A stretch of DNA of 64,000 nucleotides, taken from contig OY762897.2 of assembly GCA_963666515.2 (NCBI GenBank), positions 704,001 through 768,000 on the forward strand, in the 5' to 3' direction. Positions 40,623-54,304 of this stretch are shown here, piece by piece. The stretch is from Candidatus Binatia bacterium. Lineage in GTDB: Bacteria > Desulfobacterota > Binatia > UBA9968 > JAJDTQ01. The stretch's first letter is position 1. The number at the start of each line of letters is the position of its first letter. The notes under the pieces were generated by a model. The model had not been told where the DNA came from and searched no databases. It saw nothing but the letters and a program-made list of their open reading frames with translations. The position numbers and the translations under genes were made by a program.

Positions 40623-40660
40623 TCGTATTCTACATTCAGCCGTCCAAATGTAAAGTACGA
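40623..40660 (-). promoter_or_regulatory. Probable leaderless promoter with palindromic operator for the AAA/DUF4143 gene
   Basis: Minus strand TTTACA-N16-TAGAAT-N6-ATG; inverted repeat TCGTA..TACATT / AATGTA..TACGA spans it. Confidence 0.55.
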
Positions 40661-40764
40661 TGGCCGTAAAGTCTATGGGGGGAGTCGGCGGACAGAGTGT
40701 AGAGGAAAGCGGGACTTGGCAAGTGGTCCAAGCCCTTGCCAAATCCCGCATGTTGCTCGATCGG

Positions 40765-41493
40765 TCAGCCCGACAGGTTGGCCTTGTAGAAATCCACTGT
40801 CCGCTGCCAAGCGTCGGCGGCGGCTTCGGGGTGCCAGCGGTCGGCGTTGGTGTTGTTGTTGAAGGCGTGCTTGGCGCCGTCGCCGTAAATCTTGAGGTCG
40901 ATGCTCTTGCCGTGTTTGGCCAGCTCGGCCTTCAGAGGCTCGATGCCGGGCATGATGTTGGGATCGTCTTCCGCGTAGTTGCCCATGAGCGGGCAGGCGA
41001 TGTTGGCCACCTGCTCCAGCGGGTCGGGGTTGCGGCCGTAGTACACCACCGCGGCGTTGAGCTGGCTGCACTTGGTGGCGAAGTTGAGGGACTGGCCGCC
41101 GCCCCAGCAGTAGCCCACCACCCCCACCTTGTCGTTGGCGAAGCCCTGGCTCTTGAGGTACTCCAGCGTGTTCGTGAGGTCTTCCACGCAGCCGGCCGGG
41201 TCCAGGCTCCGGATGGCGGCGATGGCGTCCTGCGAGGTCTGGTACTGCGCGGTGCCGCCGGTGCGCTGCAGCAGATCCGGGGCCAGCGCGGCGAAGCCTT
41301 CCTTGGCGAAGTGCCGCGCCACGTCCTTGATGTGGTCCACGAGCCCGACGTTCTCGTGAATCACGATCACCGAACCCAGGTTGGCGCCGCCCTTGGGCCG
41401 CGACAGGTAGCCCGTGCAGCTTCCGTATTCGACCGTTCCCGATTCCAGCTCGGGGTCATTCTCGTCTACGAGATAGGGTATGGTGTCCGCCAT
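40765..41493 (-). CDS. Dienelactone hydrolase family protein
   Basis: VIHENVGL, ALAPDL, GYCWGG, AVVYYG, HAFNN; GGAGG RBS. Confidence 0.92.
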   Translation of the reverse strand: MADTIPYLVDENDPELESGTVEYGSCTGYLSRPKGGANLGSVIVIHENVGLVDHIKDVARHFAKEGFAALAPDLLQRTGGTAQYQTSQDAIAAIRSLDPAGCVEDLTNTLEYLKSQGFANDKVGVVGYCWGGGQSLNFATKCSQLNAAVVYYGRNPDPLEQVANIACPLMGNYAEDDPNIMPGIEPLKAELAKHGKSIDLKIYGDGAKHAFNNNTNADRWHPEAAADAWQRTVDFYKANLSG

Positions 41494-41568
41494 ATCCAGA
41501 GTTCCTCCTTCGTAAACCACTAAATCAGTATAGCAGGTGATGCATTATGCCGCCGAAAAGATAAAGGC

Positions 41569-42534
41569 TCATGGCTTCGCCATCAACGTCAAGCCGACAC
41601 GGAAACCCAGGATGGGATAGCCGAGATCCGCTTGCCTGTGATGACGATAGGCAGACCGGAGGACATGGGGCGCATCCCACCAGGAACCGCTACGTTGCAT
41701 GCGGCGGTTGCACCTATCCCCTTGTGTCCAGGCAGTTCCGTCCCTCGGTGCATTATCGTAGCCCGCGTTTCTTCGTCCGCAGTCTTCTACCCACTCGGTC
41801 ACATTGCCGTGAGTATCGTGCAATCCAAACGCATTCGGTGGAAAAGACCCGACGGGAACAGTCCTCCTTCTATCGAGCCCTCCCTTCCCCAAGCCTGCGG
41901 AACGGCGGCTGCGGCGCTGTCCGTTGTAGTTTGCCTGATCCGTTGATATCGTGTTCCCGAAGTGAAAGGGCCCTGTTGTCCCGGCGCGGGCTGCGTACTC
42001 CCATTCCGACTCCGACAATAACCGGTATCGTTCCCCGGTCTTCCGCGACAGCCACTCTGCGTAGGCTTTGGCATCATACCAGCTTACACAAACAACAGGG
42101 TCACGCTCGGTTTGTCTGAAGAGGTGGTTCTTCCACGAGAGCCCGTCGTCCTTCTGCCACCTGTTGTTGCTGCTCAGGTAATAGCAACCATGACTCATAT
42201 CGTGTTGGGTGTCCTTCACGAAGGCTCCAAATTCACCGACGGTTACTTCATACTTACCCACTCCGAACGGCTGGGGTATCGTGACTTCATGCTGAGGACC
42301 TTCACGATCACGCCTGCCTCGTTCACCACGTGGGGAGCCCATCATGAACTTGCCGGCGGGCACAACCACTATTTCAGGGCATTCGTCACAGTCGCGAAGC
42401 ACCTCTCCGGCCTGAAACGCCCAAGACGGCGCTGTGGCCAGTATCATGAAGATCACGACAATTATGGTGGCATGGATGCCATGTCCGATTCGACCAGCCG
42501 ATCCCGATTCACGCATGATGGGTCCTACGCTCAT
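41569..42534 (-). CDS. Exported formylglycine-generating-enzyme (SUMF1/FGE-sulfatase) domain protein
   Basis: Signal peptide, CDECPE, FMMGS, EGPQH, YEVT, PVVCVSW, RLLSESEWEYAARAG, GNVTEW, GFRV; visibly lower GC than neighbours; start uncertain. Confidence 0.85.
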   Translation of the reverse strand: MSVGPIMRESGSAGRIGHGIHATIIVVIFMILATAPSWAFQAGEVLRDCDECPEIVVVPAGKFMMGSPRGERGRRDREGPQHEVTIPQPFGVGKYEVTVGEFGAFVKDTQHDMSHGCYYLSSNNRWQKDDGLSWKNHLFRQTERDPVVCVSWYDAKAYAEWLSRKTGERYRLLSESEWEYAARAGTTGPFHFGNTISTDQANYNGQRRSRRSAGLGKGGLDRRRTVPVGSFPPNAFGLHDTHGNVTEWVEDCGRRNAGYDNAPRDGTAWTQGDRCNRRMQRSGSWWDAPHVLRSAYRHHRQADLGYPILGFRVGLTLMAKP

Positions 42535-42593
42535 GGTGTCGTTCCTTTGTAGTGTAACCCATAGACCGTTGAGTTGACTTGTCAGGCTGCTCG

Positions 42594-44765
42594 CTATGCC
42601 GCCGCCAGCCGCGAACCCCGCCGTTGCCTCTGCACCAGGTACAGCCCCGCGAACAGCACCCAGGCGGCGAACTGGACGGTCATGCGCAGGGAGTCGACGT
42701 CGCCCGCCACGAGGCCCGGGCGGAAGGCGGCGATGCAGACTACTATCAGCAGAAGCCGTTCGGGCCAGCCGCAACGGTCCTTGAAGAATCCCTGCATGGC
42801 CGCGGCAAAGGCCATCATGGCCACCAAGCCGTTCACGATGACCCAGACGACGCTGAACAGGTCGTTGAGCCAGATGATCGTGCCGTCCGGCCCCACGCCG
42901 GCGATCAGCAGCAGTTCCAGGTTGAAGATGAACACGAACGGCAGGATCGCGGTGCGCAGGTCGTAGGTGAACCCCTGCATGCCGGTCTTGATGGGATCGG
43001 AACCGGCGATGGCGGAGGCGGCGAAGGCCGCCAGCCCCACCGGCGGCGTGTCGTCGGCGAGAATGCCGAAGTAGAAGACGAACAGGTGGGCCGCCAGCAC
43101 CGGGATCACCAGGCCCGCCTGGCCGCCCAGGGTGACGATCACCGGCGCGGTCAGCGTGGCCATGACGATGTAGTTGGCGGTGGTGGGGAGCCCCATGCCC
43201 AGGATCAGGCTGGTGACCGCGGTCAGCAGCAGCATGAGCACCACGTTGCCCAGGGAGATGATCTCGATGGCCTCGATGAACCGGCTGCTGAGCCCGGTCA
43301 GGGTCACGGTGCCGACGATGATGCCGGCGGCCGCGGTGGCCACCGCGATGGGCGCCATGTTGCGGGCGCCGGACACGCAGCCTTGCAGGATCTCGCGGAT
43401 GCTCAGGGCCAGTCCCTGCAATATCGCCTGCCCGAGTGATCCGGGCGCCGGGTTGTCCGGGGCGGGTCGAAGGACCGCGGCGCAACTCTGGACCAGCCGC
43501 TGTATGACCATGATGGCCAGGGTCAGGAGAATGGCGTTGAACGCCGCCGAGATCGCGGAGAACCGCAGTATGACCAGCGTGTAGATCAGCGCCAGAATCG
43601 GAACCAGGAAGTGAAAGCCTTTGAGGAACGTGGGCCAGAATGGCGGCAACTCTTCCACGGGTATCGCGGTCAAGTTCAGCTTGAGCGCTTCGAGGTGGAC
43701 CACGTAGAGCAGGGCGATATATGAGAGCACCGCCGGTATGGCCGCAGCCGTGACGATGTCGATGTACGGGAGCCCGAGAAACTCCGCCATGATGAAAGCA
43801 GCCGCGCCCATGACCGGCGGCAGGAGCTGCCCGTTGGTGCTTGCGCCCACCTCCACGGCCCCGGCCTTGTAAGCCGGGAGCCCCACCCGTTTCATCAGCG
43901 GGATGGTGAAGGTCCCTGTGGTGGCCACGTTGGCGATGGACGAGCCGGATACCATGCCGGTCAGTCCGGAAGCCAGCACCGCGGCCTTGGCCGGTCCGCC
44001 GCGGAAACGGCCTACCATGGCGTACGCCACCTGCACGAAGTACTCCGCCGCCCCGGCCCGGTCCAGCAGCGCCCCGAACAGCACGAATAGGAACACGAAA
44101 TCGGTGGACACACCCAGCGGCACGCCCCAGATGCCGCTGTCCGACAGGTACATGTGGTCGACGATGAACTCGAAGGGGATGCCGGGGTGGGCGAGAAACC
44201 TCGGCAGGTACGGTCCGATGAAGCAGTAGACCAGGAAGACCGTGCCCAGCGCCGGCAGCGCCAGTCCCAGGGAGCGGCGCGCCGACTCCAGCAGCAGGAG
44301 GACGAACGCCGCGCCGATCCACACGTCCCGCGTCAACGGGAGGCCGGAACGTTCGATGATCCCCACGTAGTCCCACGCCAGGTAGGCGGTGCCGCAGCCC
44401 GCCAGGGCCGCGATGATGAAGTCGTACCAGGGAATCTTTACGGGATCGCGCTTGCGGTGGCCCGGAAACAACTGCTGCATCAGGGCGTTGAAGCGCTCCA
44501 GTGTCGCGGCCCGCCGTATGGCCGGGAAGGCCAGATAGACCAGCAGTACGGCAAAGGTCAGGTGGATGCTGCGGGCGATGATGGAGTTGATGGGATCGTA
44601 GGCGATGTAGAGCTGGAACAGGGACCAGCAGAGCGCAAGCACCCAGAGGAACCCCCCGACCGGTCCGCCGGGAGAACGGGTCTTTCCTTCGCCCTCGCCC
44701 AACTCGGCCAACGCTTCAAGGTCGACGTTCTCGCCGGCGGTGTCGTCGCGATCGGATGAATTCAT
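42594..44765 (-). CDS. TRAP transporter fused 4TM/12TM permease
   Basis: GGPAKAAV, SGSSIANV, GQLLPPVMGAAAF, GMGLPTTANY, DDTPPVGLAA. Confidence 0.93.
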   Translation of the reverse strand: MNSSDRDDTAGENVDLEALAELGEGEGKTRSPGGPVGGFLWVLALCWSLFQLYIAYDPINSIIARSIHLTFAVLLVYLAFPAIRRAATLERFNALMQQLFPGHRKRDPVKIPWYDFIIAALAGCGTAYLAWDYVGIIERSGLPLTRDVWIGAAFVLLLLESARRSLGLALPALGTVFLVYCFIGPYLPRFLAHPGIPFEFIVDHMYLSDSGIWGVPLGVSTDFVFLFVLFGALLDRAGAAEYFVQVAYAMVGRFRGGPAKAAVLASGLTGMVSGSSIANVATTGTFTIPLMKRVGLPAYKAGAVEVGASTNGQLLPPVMGAAAFIMAEFLGLPYIDIVTAAAIPAVLSYIALLYVVHLEALKLNLTAIPVEELPPFWPTFLKGFHFLVPILALIYTLVILRFSAISAAFNAILLTLAIMVIQRLVQSCAAVLRPAPDNPAPGSLGQAILQGLALSIREILQGCVSGARNMAPIAVATAAAGIIVGTVTLTGLSSRFIEAIEIISLGNVVLMLLLTAVTSLILGMGLPTTANYIVMATLTAPVIVTLGGQAGLVIPVLAAHLFVFYFGILADDTPPVGLAAFAASAIAGSDPIKTGMQGFTYDLRTAILPFVFIFNLELLLIAGVGPDGTIIWLNDLFSVVWVIVNGLVAMMAFAAAMQGFFKDRCGWPERLLLIVVCIAAFRPGLVAGDVDSLRMTVQFAAWVLFAGLYLVQRQRRGSRLAAA

Positions 44766-44879
44766 GGGGCCGCCCGGATGGCTTGTGCGCTGGTGTTTCG
44801 TCAAGTGGACCGGCCCGGGGCCGGGCGCTTGCGCCCGCGCCCCGAGCCGTGCGTCATTTCGGGGAAGGAGACCGGTTGC

Positions 44880-45845
44880 CTACTGCCAGCCCTTCTCCTT
44901 GTAGTACTTCACCGCTCCCGGATGCAACGGAGCCGAGAGGCCGCCCAGCATGTCCTTCGGCTGCAGGTGCTTGAAGTTGGCGTACGAGTTGCGGAGCGTG
45001 TCGAGGTTCTCGAAGATGGTCTTGACTACCGTGTACACGGAGTCGGCCGACTCCTTCTCGCCGGTGACGAAGGTCGCCTTCACGGCGTAGGTCGGAACGT
45101 CGTTGTCCACGCCCTTGTAGGTCCCGCCGGGGATCTTGGTCATGACGTAGAAGGGGTTGTCCGCCACCAGCTTCTTGATCGGCGCGGTGTCCACCGGAAC
45201 GATGTCGATGGCGGTGCTGTTGGCGATCTCGAGGCCGCCGCCCCAGGGAACCCCGATGGTGTAGAAGAACGCATCGATCTTCTTGTCCACCAGCGCGCGG
45301 TTGGCCTCGTTCTGCTGCAGACCTTCGGCCTTGATGTCCTTGTCCTTGTCGATGCCGGAGAGGCGCAGCACGTCCTCAGCGTTGCCCCGCTGTCCCGATC
45401 CGGGGTTTCCGATGTTGACGCGTTTGCCCTTGAGGTCCGCTATGGTCTTGATGCCCGTGTCCTTGCGGGTGACCAGCATGACCGCCTCGGGATGGACGGT
45501 GAAGACCGTGCGCAGTCCCTTGTCCGGCTTGCCCTTCCAGTTCTTCTTGCCGTTGGCGGCGGCCCAAACCCAGTCGGACTGGGCCACGCCGTAGTTCAGC
45601 AGCCCCCGCTGGATGGACCGGATGTTGAAGACCGATCCGAGCGCCGGCCGGCCGATGCAGTTGTAGCCCTTGCCGCCCAGCTTGTCGTTGACGATCTTGC
45701 AGATGTTCAAGGCCACCTGGTAGTAGACGCCGGTCGTGGAGCCGCCGCCGATAACCAGGAAGTTCTGTGCCGCCGCATCCTTGGCCGCCACCGTCAGGCC
45801 GCCGCACAGCGCCAGACCGAGCATCAACGTGAGTAAACGCTTCAT
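44880..45845 (-). CDS. TAXI-family TRAP solute-binding protein
   Basis: Signal peptide, GGGSTTGVYY, GSVFN, AQSD, LKGKRVNIGNPGSG, PLHPGAVKYYKEKG. Confidence 0.93.
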   Translation of the reverse strand: MKRLLTLMLGLALCGGLTVAAKDAAAQNFLVIGGGSTTGVYYQVALNICKIVNDKLGGKGYNCIGRPALGSVFNIRSIQRGLLNYGVAQSDWVWAAANGKKNWKGKPDKGLRTVFTVHPEAVMLVTRKDTGIKTIADLKGKRVNIGNPGSGQRGNAEDVLRLSGIDKDKDIKAEGLQQNEANRALVDKKIDAFFYTIGVPWGGGLEIANSTAIDIVPVDTAPIKKLVADNPFYVMTKIPGGTYKGVDNDVPTYAVKATFVTGEKESADSVYTVVKTIFENLDTLRNSYANFKHLQPKDMLGGLSAPLHPGAVKYYKEKGWQ

Positions 45846-46051
45846 GGGATCCTCCTTTGAGTTAGGGTTCCGCCGTCAGACCTCCCGGAACCAACAGCCG
45901 TGTCCATGCCACATCGGGTGCCGCAATGCAACCGGGCTCCGAGTGGATATTTCCCGCGTCCTGCGATAGGACACTAGGGACGCCCCCACGGGTCCCGGTA
46001 CCCGTGTTTTACCGCAGCGACGTCCGGAAAATCCGCAGGAAGGAAGACGGA

Positions 46052-47425
46052 GTGGCTGAAGTCGCCGGCATGCTCGACATGGCCCGACTGAAAGAAGCCG
46101 TGGCCGCGGGCCGGGTGGACACCGTGCTGACGGCGTTCACCGACCTCTACGGCCGGTTCATGGGGAAGCGCCTGGACGCGGGCTTCTTCCTGGACGCCGC
46201 GGCGTCGGAGGGCACCCACGCGTGCGACTACCTCCTGACCGTGGACATGGAGATGGAGCCGGTGCAGGGCTACCGTCTGGCCAACTGGAAGAAGGGGTAC
46301 GGCGACTTCCACCTGGCGCCCGACCTGAGCACCCTGAGGCGGCTGAGCTGGCAGGAGAAGACCGCCATGGTGCTCTGCGACGTGCGCCACAACGCCTCCC
46401 ATGAGCTGGTGGCGGAAGCGCCGCGGTCGATCCTGCAGCGGCAGGTGGAGGCGCTCCGCGACCTGGGTTTCGAGGCCATGGCGGCGTCGGAGCTGGAGTA
46501 CTACCTGTTCGAGGACTCGTACCGGCAGGCCGCGGACAAGCACTACCACGACTTGGCCCCGGCCGGCGGCTACATCGAGGACTACCACGTGCTCCAGGGC
46601 TTCCGGGAGGAAGGCTTCCAGGGCGCGGTGCGGCGCCACCTGCGGGACTCGGGAGTGCCGGTGGAAAGCTCCAAGGGCGAGTGGGGTCCGGGCCAGCACG
46701 AGTTGAACGTGCGCTACGGCGACGCCCTCACCATGGCCGACCGCCACTGCGTCTACAAGGAGTGCCTGAAGGAGGTGGCGGAGCAGATGGGGCTCAGCGT
46801 CACCTTCATGGCCAAGTACGACTCGGAGCTGGCGGGGTCGGGCTGCCACGTGCACCTGAGTCTTTGGCGGGACGGCGGCAACGCCTTCGCCGGGAGCGGC
46901 GGTGCGGACGGTTTCTCCGACGTGTTCCGCTGGTTCCTCGGCGGCTGGCTGGCGCATCTGCCCGAGACCATGGTGCTCTACGCGCCCACCGTCAACTCCT
47001 ACAAGCGCTACCGCGCCGAGTCCTGGGCGCCCACGGGCATTGCCTGGAGCCTCGACAACCGCACCGCCGGGTTCCGGGTGGTGGGGCAGGGGGACGGCTG
47101 CCGCATCGAGTGCCGCGTGCCCGGCGCGGACTGCAACCCCTACTTGGCCTTTGCCGCGGCTCTGGCCGCGGGCATGGACGGCATCCGGCGGCGCATCGAG
47201 CCGCCCGCGGCCTTCGACGGCAACCTGTACGCGGCCGGCGACGTGCCGCAGGTGCCGGGGTCGCTGGGCGAGGCCGTGGAGCTGTTCGAGGACAGCGGGT
47301 TCTGCCGCGAGAGCTTCGGCGCGGAGGTGGTGGAGCACTACTCCCATTTCTTCCGCACGGAAGAAAGAAAGTACCGCGAGGCCGTCACCGACTGGGAAAG
47401 GAAACGCTACTTCGAGCGGATTTGA
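46052..47425 (+). CDS. Glutamine-synthetase-like gamma-glutamyl ligase (PuuA-like)
   Basis: DLYGRFMGKR, SELEY, EWGPGQHE, TFMAK, GSGCHVHLSL, NSYKR, DNRT, RIECRVPGADCNPY; start 46052 or 46070. Confidence 0.9.
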   Translation: MAEVAGMLDMARLKEAVAAGRVDTVLTAFTDLYGRFMGKRLDAGFFLDAAASEGTHACDYLLTVDMEMEPVQGYRLANWKKGYGDFHLAPDLSTLRRLSWQEKTAMVLCDVRHNASHELVAEAPRSILQRQVEALRDLGFEAMAASELEYYLFEDSYRQAADKHYHDLAPAGGYIEDYHVLQGFREEGFQGAVRRHLRDSGVPVESSKGEWGPGQHELNVRYGDALTMADRHCVYKECLKEVAEQMGLSVTFMAKYDSELAGSGCHVHLSLWRDGGNAFAGSGGADGFSDVFRWFLGGWLAHLPETMVLYAPTVNSYKRYRAESWAPTGIAWSLDNRTAGFRVVGQGDGCRIECRVPGADCNPYLAFAAALAAGMDGIRRRIEPPAAFDGNLYAAGDVPQVPGSLGEAVELFEDSGFCRESFGAEVVEHYSHFFRTEERKYREAVTDWERKRYFERI

Positions 47426-47428
47426 ACA

Positions 47429-48148
47429 ATGCACGGTGTTGAGGACGGAGAGGCGCCGTTCATCGGCGTGACGACCTACGGGCGGGGGCCGCACAACCGG
47501 TTCATCCTGCCGGCGGAGTACGTCGATGCGGTGCGCCGCGCCGGCGGCATCCCGTTGCTGCTGCCGCCGGGGGAGGAGCGCCTGGACGCGGTCCTGCCGC
47601 TTCTCAAGGCGGTGGTGTTCAGCGGCGGCGGCGACCTCGATCCCGACCTTTACGGCGGCGGCCAACACGAGACCATCTACATGGTGGAGCCGGAACGGGA
47701 TCGTTCCGAGATCGAGCTGGCCCGGCGCGTGTTCGGTTTGAGCGTCCCCACCCTGGCCATCTGCCGCGGGACGCAGATACTGAACGTCGCCGAGGGCGGC
47801 ACGCTGATCGAGCACCTGCCCGACGAAGTGGGAGAGACGGTGACCCACCGCGCGCCGCCGCGGGAGCCCATCGCCCACCCGGTGAAGGTGGAGCCGGCAT
47901 CCCGGCTGGCCGGCATCCTGGGAGCCACCGACTTCTCGTGCATGTCCTGGCACCACCAGGCCGTTCGCCGGGTGGCCCCCGGATTCGAGGTCGTGGCGCA
48001 TGCCCCGGACGGCACCATCGAGGGCCTGGAGGCGCCGTCGCATCCCTGGCTCGTGGCCGTGCAGTGGCACCCCGAGCTGACCGCCGCGGAGGACCCCATC
48101 CAGCAGCGCCTGTTCGACGCGCTGGTGGAGGCCGCGATCGAGCGTTGA
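47429..48148 (+). CDS. Gamma-glutamyl-gamma-aminobutyrate hydrolase (peptidase C26, PuuD-like)
   Basis: SGGGD, AICRGTQ, SWHHQAV, VQWHPE. Confidence 0.92.
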   Translation: MHGVEDGEAPFIGVTTYGRGPHNRFILPAEYVDAVRRAGGIPLLLPPGEERLDAVLPLLKAVVFSGGGDLDPDLYGGGQHETIYMVEPERDRSEIELARRVFGLSVPTLAICRGTQILNVAEGGTLIEHLPDEVGETVTHRAPPREPIAHPVKVEPASRLAGILGATDFSCMSWHHQAVRRVAPGFEVVAHAPDGTIEGLEAPSHPWLVAVQWHPELTAAEDPIQQRLFDALVEAAIER

Positions 48149-48165
48149 GCACGGTGACCCTTTTC

Positions 48166-48240
48166 CTCCGTCACCCCGGACTTGATCCGGGGTCCAGAGG
48201 GGTTTCGCCTGGATTCCGGGTCAAGCCCGGAATGACGGAG
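48166..48240. repeat. CGTC-type REP doublet (REPIN-like)
   Basis: CGTCACCCCGGACTTGATCCGGGGTCCAG ... CTGGATTCCGGGTCAAGCCCGGAATGACG; each arm self-palindromic, arms inverted. Confidence 0.85.
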
Positions 48241-48310
48241 AGGGGGCCGGGGAAGCGGCGCTTGCGGATTTCCGCGCGGGTCCACGAAGGATAGTTGTCC
48301 AGTCCGGACC

Positions 48311-49117
48311 ATGGCTATGCGTCTGAAGAACAAGGTGGCACTCATCACAGGCGGCGCCGGCGGCATCGGCCGGGAGACCGCGCTCCTGTTCGCGCGCGAA
48401 GGCGCGCGGGTGGTCATCGCCGATGTCGATGACCGGGGCGGCAAGCGCCTCGCCGGCCGCATCAACCGGAGCGGCGGCGAGGCCGTGTATTGCCATGCGG
48501 ACGTGTCCCGTGACGGCGACTGCGCCGGCATGGTGGCGGCCGCGGAGACGGAGTTCGGCGCGCTCCACGTCCTGTTCAACAACGCCGGCATCATGCGGGT
48601 CGACGATGGCGGCGCGGTGGAGACCTCCGAAGAAGTATGGGACGCCACGCTGGCCGTGAACCTCAAGGGGGTGTTCCTGGGCTGCAAGCATGGCATCCCG
48701 GCGCTGCGCCGTGCCGGCGGCGGCTCGGTCATCAACACGGCGTCGTTCGTGGCGCTGATGGGCGCGGCCACGCCGCAGCTCGCCTACACCGCCAGCAAGG
48801 GGGGCGTGGTCGCCCTCACACGGGAGTTGGCGGTGATCCACGCCCGGGAGAACATCCGGGTCAACGCGTTGTGCCCCGGTCCGTTGCGCACGGAGCTGCT
48901 GATGAAGGTGCTGGACACCCCGCGCAAGCGGCAGCGGCGCTTGGTGCACATTCCCATGGGACGGTTCGGCGAGGCCCGCGAGATCGCCCGTGCGGCGCTT
49001 TATCTGGCGAGTGACGAGTCGTCTTTCGTAACGGGCACGGAGTTCGTCGTGGACGGCGGCATCACCGCGGCCTACGTCACGCCGGAGCCGGCGCGGCCGC
49101 GCAAGGGGAAGGGGTGA
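48311..49117 (+). CDS. Short-chain dehydrogenase/reductase
   Basis: [31 protein letters not shown]. Confidence 0.93.
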   Translation: MAMRLKNKVALITGGAGGIGRETALLFAREGARVVIADVDDRGGKRLAGRINRSGGEAVYCHADVSRDGDCAGMVAAAETEFGALHVLFNNAGIMRVDDGGAVETSEEVWDATLAVNLKGVFLGCKHGIPALRRAGGGSVINTASFVALMGAATPQLAYTASKGGVVALTRELAVIHARENIRVNALCPGPLRTELLMKVLDTPRKRQRRLVHIPMGRFGEAREIARAALYLASDESSFVTGTEFVVDGGITAAYVTPEPARPRKGKG

Positions 49118-49125
49118 GAAGGGGC

Positions 49126-52806
<3,681 letters not shown>

Positions 52807-52831
52807 GGCAAAGCCTGAGCGGGGACGAAGG

Positions 52832-53410
52832 CTATAGTGGTTTCCCGACCTCCCTGTCCAGATACTCCAGGGCCATCCGCGCGGCCTGATAGTCGGGATC
52901 GTGCCGCAAGGCCCGTTCGAAGGAGCGCCTCGCCGCGTGGAAGTTCCCCTGCATTACACGCACACGGCCGAGATTGAAATGCGCGAACTGGTAGCAACAG
53001 TATCGCTTGGCCGAGATCGCCTTCTCGAGCCACGGGACCGCTTCGTCCGGGCGGCCGAGATCGATCAGGTACGCCCCGATATCGTTGTAAGGATTGCCGA
53101 AGTCCGGATCGAGCGCGATGGCTTTCTCGCATTCGGCAATGGCTTGTTCGAGATGCCCGAGCATGCTGAGCGACCAGCCCAGGAAGGTGTGGCCCTCGGC
53201 CGTCGGCAGAATCTCGATGGACTCCCGGAAACTGTCGACCGCAGCCTGGTATCGGCCGTTGAGATGCAGGAGGTAGCCTTGCCGCCAAAGGGCGTAGGCG
53301 CGCATCTTGTCGGGAACTTCCGAAGGCTCGCCTGACTGTCCGTGAGCCGCAGGGGTCAGCGACAGCGCCACCAGGAACACCGCGGCCAGGAATGAGCGGG
53401 ACCCGATCAT
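52832..53410 (-). CDS. Exported TPR protein
   Basis: Signal peptide; TAEGHTFLGW, DPDFGNPYNDIG, AHFNLG repeats. Confidence 0.8.
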   Translation of the reverse strand: MIGSRSFLAAVFLVALSLTPAAHGQSGEPSEVPDKMRAYALWRQGYLLHLNGRYQAAVDSFRESIEILPTAEGHTFLGWSLSMLGHLEQAIAECEKAIALDPDFGNPYNDIGAYLIDLGRPDEAVPWLEKAISAKRYCCYQFAHFNLGRVRVMQGNFHAARRSFERALRHDPDYQAARMALEYLDREVGKPL

Positions 53411-53485
53411 GGGAGCACCTGTTCCAGCATGTCCGGCACGCGCCCTCCCGGGCCGTTTCAGCAGCAACTTGGTGTCAGCAGGTCT

Positions 53486-54304
53486 CTACCCGCTGAGAAA
53501 ACCTGTCACCAGCGCCGCCGTGTCCTCCGGCCGTTCGGCCTGGGGGCTGTGGCCGGCGCCCTTCACGAGCTTCACGCCGTTGGAACCGGAGATGCCCTCC
53601 GCGTAGGCTTCGCCGTGCGCCAGCGGCACCATGTGGTCCGATTCGCCCCACACCACCAGGGTCGGCGCCGCGATGCGGTGCAGCCGGCTCCTGAGCGAGC
53701 GGTTGTAGAAATAGGGCGGGTTGAAGCCGAACCGGTTGGTGAAGCGTATCATCTGGTAACGCCGCAGCTCGTCCTCGATGTTCTCGGCCCGGCCGTCGGG
53801 AAACAGCGCGTGTCCCGCCGGCGTTTGGTCGTTCTCGAACAGCATGGCCCGCAACTCGGAGTAGTCGGTGCCGCGCACCGGGTGGGACATCATGAAGATG
53901 TCGCCGATGGGAGCACCGGACACGAACAGGCCCGATGCGTCGATGAGCACGAGCCGGCGGACCTTCTCGGGGTGCCGCGCCGCAAGCTCGGCAGCCGCCC
54001 AGCCTCCCACGCACGCGCCCACCAGGTCGAAGCGTTCCAGGCCGAGGGCGTCGATCACCTCCAGGTAGTGGAATACCAGGTCCTCTGCCGACTCCAGGTA
54101 CTCGATCTCGTCCGATGCCGCGCACCCGGGATGGGCCGGAGCGTACAGCCGGCAGCTCTCCACGAGCTTTTCGTGGAAAGGCATCCAGCCTTCGGTGACG
54201 GCGTGAACGTCGGCGAATCCGTGGAGGTAGAGCGTGGGCTCGCCGGAACCGTCTTCCAGCACCGAGACCTTCCGGCCGTTGACGTCGAGGGTCCGCCCGC
54301 TCAT
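53486..54304 (-). CDS. Alpha/beta fold hydrolase
   Basis: LYLHG, GACVGGW, VVWGESD, AGHSPQAE; ATGA overlap with LLM gene. Confidence 0.85.
   Translation of the reverse strand: MSGRTLDVNGRKVSVLEDGSGEPTLYLHGFADVHAVTEGWMPFHEKLVESCRLYAPAHPGCAASDEIEYLESAEDLVFHYLEVIDALGLERFDLVGACVGGWAAAELAARHPEKVRRLVLIDASGLFVSGAPIGDIFMMSHPVRGTDYSELRAMLFENDQTPAGHALFPDGRAENIEDELRRYQMIRFTNRFGFNPPYFYNRSLRSRLHRIAAPTLVVWGESDHMVPLAHGEAYAEGISGSNGVKLVKGAGHSPQAERPEDTAALVTGFLSG

Noticed and set aside
27309-44376. Apparent long fusions 27309-29165 (STAS), 35687-39010 (hydrolase) and 41569-44376 (FGE)
   Set aside because: Same artefact: stop-free alternate frames over neighbouring genes
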